From an uncultured Pseudomonadales bacterium (GTDB lineage: Bacteria; Patescibacteriota; Microgenomatia; UBA1400; PJMF01), in assembly GCA_964511345.1 (NCBI GenBank), contig CAZEEV010000003.1, positions 1 through 41,769 of the forward strand: 41,769 nucleotides of DNA. Direction: 5' to 3'. Below are positions 7,009 to 15,126 of this stretch, piece by piece. Positions within the stretch are counted from its first letter, which is position 1. Every line of letters starts with the position of its first letter. Below the pieces are notes generated by a model. The model was given only the letters and a program-made list of their open reading frames with translations. It was not told the DNA's origin and made no database searches. Made by a program: the position numbers and the translations under genes.

Positions 7009-7629
7009 ATGCGACACATTCTTTTTGGTGATAGTATCGGCTTCGGCGTAGGAGACTATGAAAACGGTGGCTGGGCCACTCAATTAAGACTTTTCATCGA
7101 TCGCGAAAAAAAATCTAAAGATCACAACTTAATTAATTTAAGCGTTTCAGGTGACGCCACTAGAAATCTCCTCAATCGCATGGAAAGAGAAGCTAAACTT
7201 CGAATCAGAGACAATAAACCAGATGAATTCAAATTTTTAATTGCCATTGGTACTAATGACGCCAGAGTTGATAAAGATAATTTTGATAACAATATTTCAG
7301 CTGAAGAATTTGAAAAAAACATGCTACAAATAAGTGAAATTGCTCAAAACTTATCCAAAGAAGTTATCTTAATTGGTTTAGTTCCTGTTAATGAATTACT
7401 GACTAGACCGTACAAAGAAAACAAACATTACTTAGTAGAGCAATTAAGAAAATATAATCAAGTTTTGAAAAATGTTGCTCTAGAAAAAAACTTAAAATTT
7501 ATCGACATGTTTGATGAGTGGATGGAGAAGGACTTACTATCACTTTTTGCTGATGGACTGCACCCAAATACATTGGGGCACCAAATGATTTTTGAAGCAG
7601 TAAAAAGTTCTCTTTTTAAAAAAGCTTAA
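7009..7629 (+). CDS. SGNH/GDSL-family hydrolase (esterase/lipase-like)
   Basis: ILFGDSIGFGVGD (block I, catalytic Ser), GTNDA (block III), DGLHPNTLGH (block V, D-x-x-H). Confidence 0.8.
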   Translation: MRHILFGDSIGFGVGDYENGGWATQLRLFIDREKKSKDHNLINLSVSGDATRNLLNRMEREAKLRIRDNKPDEFKFLIAIGTNDARVDKDNFDNNISAEEFEKNMLQISEIAQNLSKEVILIGLVPVNELLTRPYKENKHYLVEQLRKYNQVLKNVALEKNLKFIDMFDEWMEKDLLSLFADGLHPNTLGHQMIFEAVKSSLFKKA

Positions 7630-8233
7630 TCAATTCCTCATTCGCTTTTTCAGGCTTTTGGTTATCGTACAAGAATACTTTCCAACCTTGTTTTTCAGCG
7701 GCTTTAGTATTAATTGATAAATTATCAACAAACATAATTTCCTCTGGTTTCAGACCAGTTTTTTGTTGAGCTAAAGCGAAAATTTGTGGATCAGGTTTTT
7801 GCACTTTGACCACGCTGGAATCGATAATTACATCCCATTTAATCTCATTTAGCAAACCAGCTTTTTTGATTGAATTAAGCATTCTTGGATACATGTTGGT
7901 TAGCATACCTACTTTTTTACCCATTTTTTGGGCTTTATCAACTACCGACCAAATAGATTCATTGAAATCAAATCTACGAGTAAAATCAGCCAGCATTGAA
8001 TAATTTTCAGGAAACGTTAGGCCAACTTCACGCTCTAATTCTGGAATCATATCGTCAACATCATAATCAATTCCAATTCTATCCCTATGTTTTTGCCAAA
8101 CTGCTTCAAATGCTTGGTCAGTTGTTTCTGTTACACCCAAATCACTTTTCATTTGCGACCATTTATTAGTGTTGGAAAAATCTAAGATCAAAACTCCACC
8201 TACATCGAAAAAAATAAATTTAGTTTGACTCAT
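7616..8233 (-). CDS. HAD-superfamily hydrolase
   Basis: FIFFDVGGVLI (motif I), MLTNM, KPDPQIF, FVDNLSINTKAAEKQG. Start refined to ATG 8233 (MSQTK...) because the minus-strand TATAAT at 8241-8246 lies 7 nt upstream. Confidence 0.75.
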   Translation of the reverse strand: MSQTKFIFFDVGGVLILDFSNTNKWSQMKSDLGVTETTDQAFEAVWQKHRDRIGIDYDVDDMIPELEREVGLTFPENYSMLADFTRRFDFNESIWSVVDKAQKMGKKVGMLTNMYPRMLNSIKKAGLLNEIKWDVIIDSSVVKVQKPDPQIFALAQQKTGLKPEEIMFVDNLSINTKAAEKQGWKVFLYDNQKPEKANEELIKLF

Positions 8234-8240
8234 ACGATTC

Positions 8241-8246
8241 ATTATA
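8241..8246 (-). promoter_or_regulatory. -10 box (TATAAT) 7 nt before ATG 8233
   Basis: Perfect hexamer in the short gap after the upstream gene. Confidence 0.35.
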
Positions 8247-8257
8247 ATTTAAATCTG

Positions 8258-8875
8258 CTATCTAGTCACAGATTGATTTGCTTTTTCTTTGATGGAAATT
8301 GCTAATTCTTCAGCAAAATCTTCTGGCAAAGGATCAAGGGAAAGATTTTTATTGCGAAGAATAATGCTGGCTATTTGCTGAAAAGCGTATTCTTCAGAAG
8401 AATCAGAACCATCGTATCTTCCAGTAAAATTAATTTCCTTATGATCTAAATTTGGTTTTACATGTTTGTGAAAATAAGCATGAGCTCTTTCTTCTATCCC
8501 AGTAAAAAGAGGCATTAAATTTGGTGTAGTGCATACTCCTAATCTGTTAAGATGAACATTGGTTATCCTAAAGTTTGGTTTTGTTAAATATTTTTTAATG
8601 GCAATTAAATCTGCCTCTACAAATTTAAAACTAACCGCCATAGAATCTAATTCTTCTATATAGCAAGCAACTTTTTCTCTTCCAAGATTTCCTTTGTAAG
8701 ATGGGCAAAGATGAATGTGCGTAATAGGATCTGCATTTCCGACATGCTCATCAAGCATACGTTGTCCTAACACAAAAAGGTTTAGCCATAACAAAAAATC
8801 TTCCTCAGTAAAATTTGGGGTTATTTCTTCTTGCTGTTCGTAAGCAGAATCATAATTTTTTTCAACAGGCAACAT
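8258..8875 (-). CDS. hypothetical protein
   Basis: 205-aa ORF with coding-like composition and its own extended -10 element. No family recognised by eye. Confidence 0.5.
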   Translation of the reverse strand: MLPVEKNYDSAYEQQEEITPNFTEEDFLLWLNLFVLGQRMLDEHVGNADPITHIHLCPSYKGNLGREKVACYIEELDSMAVSFKFVEADLIAIKKYLTKPNFRITNVHLNRLGVCTTPNLMPLFTGIEERAHAYFHKHVKPNLDHKEINFTGRYDGSDSSEEYAFQQIASIILRNKNLSLDPLPEDFAEELAISIKEKANQSVTR

Positions 8876-8881
8876 CCGGTT

Positions 8882-8890
8882 ATTGTATCA
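8882..8890 (-). promoter_or_regulatory. extended -10 promoter (TGATACAAT) 6 nt before ATG 8875
   Basis: The reverse complement of 8876-8890 reads TGATACAAT-AACCGG, then ATG. Confidence 0.5.
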
Positions 8891-8951
8891 AAAAGTATCA
8901 AATTCTAGTTAGCAAATTTTCAATTTTTTCGACAATCAATTTGAATGTGTA

Positions 8952-9755
8952 TCAAAATTCTCTTTTCTTTCTAAACAGAAATTTACCCTGAGACACGTAG
9001 ACTTTCAATCTGAATATCAAATGCAAAATACAACTCACTCCAAATACAACCGACCATTCTACGTGATAATAAATTAAGTTTGGCCCATCTAGATCAATAG
9101 CCATAATGATACCAAAAACAAAAGAGGGAATTAAACCTAATAATAAAACGCTATCCCACACAAAATTGTGGCTGGGCTTGGGCATTAACTTCGCACTTAC
9201 CAAATAGAGAATAATTGTTGCCAGCAATGGTAGCCAAACATTATAGGGGTTAGTTTTGGCAGCTGGTCTTTGCACCGCTGGAGTAGGGGTGATAGTTGCA
9301 GCTACTGTCCCTGCTTTAGTAACGGTTTTTGTTGGTTGTATAACTTCAGTCGGAAATGGTGTTTTGGTTAGGGTCACACTGGTTGGGGTAGCCGTAGCTT
9401 TTGGGGTAGCCGTAGCTTTTGGGGTAGCAGTAGCTAAGGTACCAATTATATAATTTTTCAATAAATCGTCTGCCTTGGAACTATGATCTTTATTTTTTCC
9501 AGCCTTAGTATTGTAATCAGTAGTCGCATCTTGACCACACCAAGAACGAATATCTAGCTTGTCATCATGTGCAGACAAATAGCTTGTGAGATCATAGACA
9601 TTTCCCTCAATCACCATCCAACAATTAGCTGGCGTAGCGTGCTCAACCACTTGAGACAATGTATAAGAACTCATTGCTGCTACACGACTAAGACAAATGA
9701 TGTTTAAAAAAATAGCTAGTAAAAAAGTTGAGAAAAAAGAAAAAAATTTATTCAT
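8952..9755 (-). CDS. membrane-anchored cytochrome b5-like heme/steroid-binding domain protein
   Basis: Signal peptide MNKFFSFFSTFLLAIFLNIICLSRVAA. YTLSQVVEHATPANCWMVIEGNVYDLTSYLSAHD...WCGQDATTDY...DHSSKADDLLKNYIIG gives the cyt-b5 fold pattern. A TP/AT-rich linker and about 3 C-terminal TM helices follow. Start refined to ATG 9755 from the longest ORF 9857. Confidence 0.65.
   Translation of the reverse strand: MNKFFSFFSTFLLAIFLNIICLSRVAAMSSYTLSQVVEHATPANCWMVIEGNVYDLTSYLSAHDDKLDIRSWCGQDATTDYNTKAGKNKDHSSKADDLLKNYIIGTLATATPKATATPKATATPTSVTLTKTPFPTEVIQPTKTVTKAGTVAATITPTPAVQRPAAKTNPYNVWLPLLATIILYLVSAKLMPKPSHNFVWDSVLLLGLIPSFVFGIIMAIDLDGPNLIYYHVEWSVVFGVSCILHLIFRLKVYVSQGKFLFRKKREF
9383..9435. repeat. 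18-bp tandem repeat, about 3 copies, encoding (ATATPK)n linker
   Basis: TTGGGGTAGCCGTAGCTT x2 plus a variant third copy. It translates on the minus strand to TATPKATATPKATATP. Confidence 0.8.
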
Positions 9756-9766
9756 AGCTGATCTTA

Positions 9767-9797
9767 AGTATAGCAGAGTTGAAAATTTTGCTATAAT
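9767..9797. promoter_or_regulatory. back-to-back extended -10 promoters (minus: TGCTATACT 9767-9775; plus: TGCTATAAT 9789-9797)
   Basis: The minus element is 11 nt before ATG 9755. The plus element is 7 nt before GTG 9805. Confidence 0.5.
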
Positions 9798-9804
9798 TTC
9801 ATCA

Positions 9805-10872
9805 GTGATCAAAAACAATAGACTTCCCAACGCAGATTTGGTTCGAGTTTTAGCCATGTTAATGGTGATCTTACTTCACACTATTTTGAATTTTACTATC
9901 AGACCAGATTTTTTTGCCACTAAGTTATATTTTTTGTTTGAACCAATTATCGCTATCGCCAAAACTTGCGTACTCTTGTTTTTCATGTTGAGCGGTTACT
10001 TAGTAATCGCTAAGCAACGCAGCATCAAAGATAATTTCAACAAAACTTGGCAAAAAATTTTATTGCCACTCGCTTTTTTCAGTTTAGTAAACGTAGTCTA
10101 TGCTTGGACGAAGTTCCCTTATAACGGCACTAATCTGCAAGATTTCATCACCAGTCAATTACAAAGCGTAGTAAATTTTCCTAGCTCGCCACTATGGTTT
10201 TTAGTTGTTTTGTTTTTTCTTTATCTACTAAATCCTGTTTGGCAATTAATATTTAAAAATGCTCAAACAAAAAATATCGCCAAATTTGTAACTTTTTTAG
10301 CTTTGATTTTCTCATTGCTAACAACAATTATTGGCTTTCTAGTTAATAGAACCGATTTGTTTTTTAATAACTTTACTGCTTGGACTGGCTTTGCTTTTTT
10401 CTATTTGTACGGTGCTTTAGCAAAAAATAAATGGATAAAAATTGATAAGCAAAAAATCAATATCTCATTGTTACTAATAGGAGTCACATTCACCATGGTG
10501 GGAGATTATTTGACTATGTGGCAAAAAGCGCATTCCATAAACTTTATTTTTAACGATTACACTGGTGATTATTTAAGTATTTCCGTGCTCATGACCGCCG
10601 TCGCTTTGTTTAATATCCTGATGTCATTAGATCTAAGCAAAATAAAAAATAATGTTTTAACTTGGCTAGCTAATTTGTCTTTTGGTATATACCTGATTCA
10701 TACTTACGTGATTAGCTTTTTTACTGACATTGCTGGCTTCGATTTTAATAAGCTGCAAATTAATGTTTATTTATATAATTTTCTAAATGTATTTTTAGTC
10801 TTTAGCATCAGTCTTTTTATGACTATCGTTATCAAAAAAATTCCAAAAGTTAGAAACCTAATTGGTGGATAA
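9805..10872 (+). CDS. acyltransferase family 3 (OafA/YrhL-like) integral membrane O-acyltransferase
   Basis: About 10 TM helices. The N-terminal DLVRVLAMLMVILLHT motif is typical of acyltransferase_3. The longest ORF starts at 9697. GTG 9805 is favoured by promoter geometry and by removing the overlap with the divergent gene. Confidence 0.7.
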   Translation: MIKNNRLPNADLVRVLAMLMVILLHTILNFTIRPDFFATKLYFLFEPIIAIAKTCVLLFFMLSGYLVIAKQRSIKDNFNKTWQKILLPLAFFSLVNVVYAWTKFPYNGTNLQDFITSQLQSVVNFPSSPLWFLVVLFFLYLLNPVWQLIFKNAQTKNIAKFVTFLALIFSLLTTIIGFLVNRTDLFFNNFTAWTGFAFFYLYGALAKNKWIKIDKQKINISLLLIGVTFTMVGDYLTMWQKAHSINFIFNDYTGDYLSISVLMTAVALFNILMSLDLSKIKNNVLTWLANLSFGIYLIHTYVISFFTDIAGFDFNKLQINVYLYNFLNVFLVFSISLFMTIVIKKIPKVRNLIGG

Positions 10873-10932
10873 GCATATCAAACAGTCTTGCTTTTCAAAA
10901 AACCCTTGGTGTATACTTGGCTCCTCTAGATT

Positions 10933-11613
10933 ATGAAAAAAGAAAATATTTTATTCGTCGTTTTAGTCATTTTTTTGTTTTTTGTCGGGGCATTAAGCAT
11001 TAAAAAAATGAGTAAAAAAATCGACAATGCATCAGGAAACAACATTAATATTAATTACAATCAAAAGGAAGAAAGCATGCCAGCTAGTCTGTCAGCTAAC
11101 AAAAAAATGAATCAACCAGAAATGATTATCGACCAAAATAAAAAATATGAAGCCACTCTTCACACAAGTGTTGGCGATATCACTATCAGTCTCAATACCA
11201 AAGAAACTCCTATCACCGCTAATAATTTTCTTTATTTAGCTCAAAATAAATTTTATGATAAAACCATTTTTCATCGTGCCATCAATGGTTTCATGATCCA
11301 AGGTGGCGATCCTCGTGGCGATGGCACTGGTGGACCAGGCTATCAATTTGCTGATGAAGAATTTTCCGGTGAATATAATCGCGGTACAGTTGCCATGGCC
11401 AACGCTGGTCCAAACACCAATGGCAGCCAATTTTTTATCATGCACCAAGACTATGCGCTTCAACCAAATTATGTCATTTTTGGTCAGGTAATTAGTGGCA
11501 TGGAAACCGTCGATAAAATCGCTACAGCTAAGGTTACTAATAGTTTTAGTGGTGAATTATCTAAACCAGTAGAACCAGTAACGATTAATTCTATTACCAT
11601 TAGCGAAAACTAA
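10933..11613 (+). CDS. cyclophilin-type peptidyl-prolyl cis-trans isomerase with N-terminal membrane anchor
   Basis: FHRAINGFMIQGGDPRGDGTGGPGYQFADE, VAMANAGPNTNGSQFFI. The N-terminal hydrophobic helix is ILFVVLVIFLFFVGAL. Confidence 0.9.
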   Translation: MKKENILFVVLVIFLFFVGALSIKKMSKKIDNASGNNININYNQKEESMPASLSANKKMNQPEMIIDQNKKYEATLHTSVGDITISLNTKETPITANNFLYLAQNKFYDKTIFHRAINGFMIQGGDPRGDGTGGPGYQFADEEFSGEYNRGTVAMANAGPNTNGSQFFIMHQDYALQPNYVIFGQVISGMETVDKIATAKVTNSFSGELSKPVEPVTINSITISEN

Positions 11614-11618
11614 AAAAA

Positions 11619-12479
11619 TTAAATAAATTCGGCAATAGCTTGACTTAAGTTGATTTCTTTGGGGAATTGTTCTATTAAAGTTTTTTCTTTTAATTGAGGA
11701 ACTTCTTTGTGGTAAGCGAGACGTTGGTCATTACGATACAGAACTCCTAAACCTAGTTTTTCCTGATTTAGCAATTCCACTAAAGCGTTAGCTTGATTAC
11801 TTGGTTCATATTTTTCATCTAAATCAAAAATATTGTTTTGATACCAGGAATAGTCCTGTTCTTTATTGAAACTCGGGCAAGGCTGCAAAACATCAATCAG
11901 AGAAAAACCTTCATATAAAATTCCAGCCTTAATCAAGGCCACCATTTGCTTGAGTTTGCCAGCATAGGCTCTAGCAACAAAACCAGCCCCATTACTTACC
12001 GCCGTACTCAAAGCAGCAATTGGATCTTCGATTAATCCCTGTGGAGTGGATTTACTAATCGTTCCCTTGGCGGAAGTAGGAGAACTTTGACCAGTAGTTA
12101 AACTATAGCGGTGATTGTTAAAAACTAGAGTAGTGATGTCATGGTTTCCACGACAAGCCGCCACTAAATGGTTAAAGCCTTCACCATAAATGTCCCCATC
12201 ACCACCAATCATGATCACTTTTTGACGATGGTTAGCCAATTTGATACCGATCGCATTGGCCAAGCCTCGCCCATGCAGCGCATGCAGGCCAAAACATTTG
12301 ATAAAGTCTGCCGTGTTGCCACTACAGCCAATACCGAACACAATCGTTACTTCCTCCATTGATAAGTTAAGCTCAACCAAAGCCTGTTTCAAAGCCGTTA
12401 AAATGCTAAAATTGCCACAACCAGGACACCAAGTTGGTTGAACTGGCGACATTAATTTTTCTAAACTAATTTTGTTCAT
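11619..12479 (-). CDS. 2-oxoacid:ferredoxin oxidoreductase, beta (TPP-binding) subunit
   Basis: WCPGCGNFSIL, GIGCSG, IGGDGDIYGEG (TPP GDG motif). There is a 4-nt overlap with the alpha subunit gene. Confidence 0.85.
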   Translation of the reverse strand: MNKISLEKLMSPVQPTWCPGCGNFSILTALKQALVELNLSMEEVTIVFGIGCSGNTADFIKCFGLHALHGRGLANAIGIKLANHRQKVIMIGGDGDIYGEGFNHLVAACRGNHDITTLVFNNHRYSLTTGQSSPTSAKGTISKSTPQGLIEDPIAALSTAVSNGAGFVARAYAGKLKQMVALIKAGILYEGFSLIDVLQPCPSFNKEQDYSWYQNNIFDLDEKYEPSNQANALVELLNQEKLGLGVLYRNDQRLAYHKEVPQLKEKTLIEQFPKEINLSQAIAEFI

Positions 12480-14284
12480 ATTAACTTATATTGTTGATCT
12501 AATTGCTTGGTTTTCAAAAAATCTATTAGGTCTTCACTATAAAAAGGTCGACCATCATAACGCAAAATTGAGCGCAGATTTTGTAACTTAGTTTCTCTCC
12601 TAATTAAAGCCGCCAACTGCCCGGTAGAATTACCTTCTACTACAAAGGTCTCAGCAGTTTTTCCTGCCAATAAAGTTTCTAGTTCTTCGCTTGGGAACGG
12701 ATAAATACAAGGTAAATGAATTACGGCAATATTTTTAGCTGCATCATCAAGTAAAACATCTCTTAAAACATTAATTGTCGAACCAAAAGAAATAAAGATT
12801 TGTTGTGGATTTTTGGCACCTAAATAAAGTGGCTTGGGTAAATCTTGCTTCAAGGCAGTTAACTTAGCTGCTCTTTTTTCCACTGCTTTTTTAGTTTCTT
12901 TAGCATCTTCAGTGGCAAAACCATATTCATCATGCTCATAAGAATTACTTAATTGCAATGCATTATTTTGTCCTGGAATAGAGCGGGAAGAAATGCCGTT
13001 TTCAGTAATGCTGTAGCGTAAATACTCACCCTCTTTCAAACTGTTTTCACCAAGTTGACCATCATTCACCATCGATAAGCGAGAATTTTTTAAATCCATC
13101 ACCATCTTAGGCATGCTCTGCAAAGATTCCAAAATATATTTGTCAGACATAATTAGAACTGGCAATTGATATTTCTCAGCCAATTCCACTGCCAATTTAG
13201 CTAAAATAAAATGTTCGCGCACATCACCAGGAGTAAAAACTACTCGCAAGAATTCACCGTGACCAGCTCCCAAAACAAAATTTAAATCTCCCTGCGAAGT
13301 CCAGGTTGGAAGACCAGTCGCCGGACCTTGTCTGGTTGCCTCCACTACCACTAAAGGAATTTCAGCAACGCCAGCAAAAGACAAAGACTCCACCATAAGT
13401 GCAAAACCTCCACCGGAGCTGCCAGTCATTGCTCTTACGCCAGCAAAGCTTGCTCCAATAGCATGATTTATCGCTCCAATTTCATCTTCAGCATGCTTAA
13501 CTACAATTGGATATTGATCTTGCAAACTTGCTAAATAATGTAGAACACCAGTTGCTGGAGTCATCGGGTAGGCAGAGTAGAACTGCAAACCAGCAGCTAA
13601 AGCACCAAGTCCAATAGCTTCATTGCCACTTAATAAAATTTGTTCGTCTAAACCAGTATTAATTAATTTACCAAGAGATTTTAATTCGCTTTGCTTTAGT
13701 AATTGCTGAGTCATTTCATAGGCTGCTTTGAGCACTGCTAAATTTTGCACTGCTGCATTTTTATTTTTAGCAAATTCTTCCACCACCACTTTACTCATAG
13801 TTTGCAGGTCCATGTCAAATAAGGCCGCACTCAAACCCAAAGCAGCAATGTTAGCTGCCAAGGGGTGAGCACCTTGATCTCGAGCAATTTTAGTTAAATT
13901 AACAGCGAAAACCTTAGATTTAAGATCTGAATACTTACTGACATCAAAAGCATTGGCATTGAGGATTACTAAAGAGTTCTCGTCTAATTCAGACAAATGC
14001 TCGGTGATAAATTTTTCATGAAAAACAATCAATAGATCTAAACGGCGACGATGGCAGCTCGTTCCTTGCAGAGAAGCAACCACTTGGCCACTCTGTAAAC
14101 CACCTTTGATTAAAGAAGGATATTCGTAATAATTAAAAACCGCTAAACCTTGTCTCTTACAAGCTTTGGCAAAGAGTTTGGCACTCACCATCACTCCTTC
14201 ACCAGCCTTAGCAGAAATCTTCCAATTAATACTTTCTAAATCCATAGGTGTAAACATTGTAGGAGAAGTATGCCCAATGGTCAA
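12476..14284 (-). CDS. 2-oxoacid:ferredoxin oxidoreductase, fused gamma-alpha subunit
   Basis: N-terminal gamma-like domain (KISAKAGEGVMVSAKLFAKA). Alpha domain motifs YPMTPATG and GGGFALM. The longest ORF uses TTG 14284. ATG 14257 or ATG 14245 are alternative starts. Confidence 0.85.
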   Translation of the reverse strand: MTIGHTSPTMFTPMDLESINWKISAKAGEGVMVSAKLFAKACKRQGLAVFNYYEYPSLIKGGLQSGQVVASLQGTSCHRRRLDLLIVFHEKFITEHLSELDENSLVILNANAFDVSKYSDLKSKVFAVNLTKIARDQGAHPLAANIAALGLSAALFDMDLQTMSKVVVEEFAKNKNAAVQNLAVLKAAYEMTQQLLKQSELKSLGKLINTGLDEQILLSGNEAIGLGALAAGLQFYSAYPMTPATGVLHYLASLQDQYPIVVKHAEDEIGAINHAIGASFAGVRAMTGSSGGGFALMVESLSFAGVAEIPLVVVEATRQGPATGLPTWTSQGDLNFVLGAGHGEFLRVVFTPGDVREHFILAKLAVELAEKYQLPVLIMSDKYILESLQSMPKMVMDLKNSRLSMVNDGQLGENSLKEGEYLRYSITENGISSRSIPGQNNALQLSNSYEHDEYGFATEDAKETKKAVEKRAAKLTALKQDLPKPLYLGAKNPQQIFISFGSTINVLRDVLLDDAAKNIAVIHLPCIYPFPSEELETLLAGKTAETFVVEGNSTGQLAALIRRETKLQNLRSILRYDGRPFYSEDLIDFLKTKQLDQQYKLI

Positions 14285-14307
14285 ATCGCAAGAGCAATGT
14301 TAGTTCA

Positions 14308-14316
14308 TGTTACAAT
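14308..14316 (+). promoter_or_regulatory. extended -10 promoter (TGTTACAAT) 9 nt before ATG 14326
   Basis: TGnTACAAT in the 41-bp divergent intergenic region. Confidence 0.45.
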
Positions 14317-14325
14317 TTAAATATT

Positions 14326-14784
14326 ATGGCAAATACTTTACTCATTTACGGAAGTTTAACTGGCAATACTGAAGGTATAGCTTATAAATTACAAGAATTT
14401 TGCAAAACCAAGGGCAAAGAAGTAGAAGTTAAAAATGCTCTTGATGCCGATATAGCTGATTTACAAGGTGCTTATAGTACTTTTATTTTTGCTTCTTCTA
14501 CTTGGGACGATGGTTTACCACAGGCTGATTTTGCAGATTTTATTGAAAGAGTTAATAAAAATCAGCTGAGTTTAGCTGGCAAAAAAATTGCTATTCTTGG
14601 TTGCGGCGATAGTAACTACGTACATTTTTGCGGCGCTACGGAGATCATTGAAAAGGTTTTTGTTACTGAAATGGGAGGCAATAAAATCACAGAAAACTTG
14701 CGTATTGATGGATATCCAGAAACTGAAGAAAACCAAGCCCTTCTTAATCATTGGATGGAAAAAGTGGTCACACTTATTGACTAA
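14326..14784 (+). CDS. short-chain flavodoxin
   Basis: LLIYGSLTGNTEGIA (FMN phosphate-binding loop), STWDDG, GCGDSNY. Confidence 0.85.
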   Translation: MANTLLIYGSLTGNTEGIAYKLQEFCKTKGKEVEVKNALDADIADLQGAYSTFIFASSTWDDGLPQADFADFIERVNKNQLSLAGKKIAILGCGDSNYVHFCGATEIIEKVFVTEMGGNKITENLRIDGYPETEENQALLNHWMEKVVTLID

Positions 14785-14798
14785 AAACTCAATAAAAA

Positions 14799-15068
14799 CT
14801 AAGCTTTTTTACCTGATTTAGTCGCCACTTTGCGGCTCATCTTTTTGGCTTCAGCAGTCACTCTAGTTGAAACTTTTTTCGCCATTTTTCTAGCAAAAGC
14901 CTCAGGGTTCTTTTTCGCTTCAGCAGACATTTTCTTGAGCTGGGTTTTGCCTTTAGCTACTACTTTATTAGCTTTCTCACGGTTTTTTTTATCTGAGAAA
15001 AATACTGCTGCAGCACCTGCCACTGCGCCTACTAACATTGGGAAAAGTCCACCTTTTTTATTTGACAT
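14799..15068 (-). CDS. YtxH-like small membrane-associated, Lys/Ala-rich protein
   Basis: GGLFPMLVGAVAGAAAVFFSDKKNREKA followed by a K/A-rich amphipathic tail. Start refined to ATG 15068. Confidence 0.5.
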   Translation of the reverse strand: MSNKKGGLFPMLVGAVAGAAAVFFSDKKNREKANKVVAKGKTQLKKMSAEAKKNPEAFARKMAKKVSTRVTAEAKKMSRKVATKSGKKA

Positions 15069-15076
15069 ATAAAAAA

Positions 15077-15085
15077 AGTATAACA
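15077..15085 (-). promoter_or_regulatory. extended -10 promoter (TGTTATACT) 8 nt before ATG 15068
   Basis: The reverse complement of 15069-15085 reads TGTTATACT-TTTTTTAT, then ATG. Confidence 0.45.
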
Positions 15086-15126
15086 AAAAATAGAACTAAA
15101 AGCCAGTTTTTTTCGCTGATATAAAA

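Noticed and set aside
8884-8962. Three copies of GTATCAAA(A)(TTCT) in the 8876-8951 intergenic region (8885-8892, 8895-8908, 8948-8960)
   Set aside because: They are short and AT-rich. One copy is simply the minus-strand extended -10 (TGATACAAT) of the 8875 gene, and another overlaps the stop codon of the cyt-b5-like gene. They could be tandem -10-like boxes, but there is not enough evidence for a specific regulator site.
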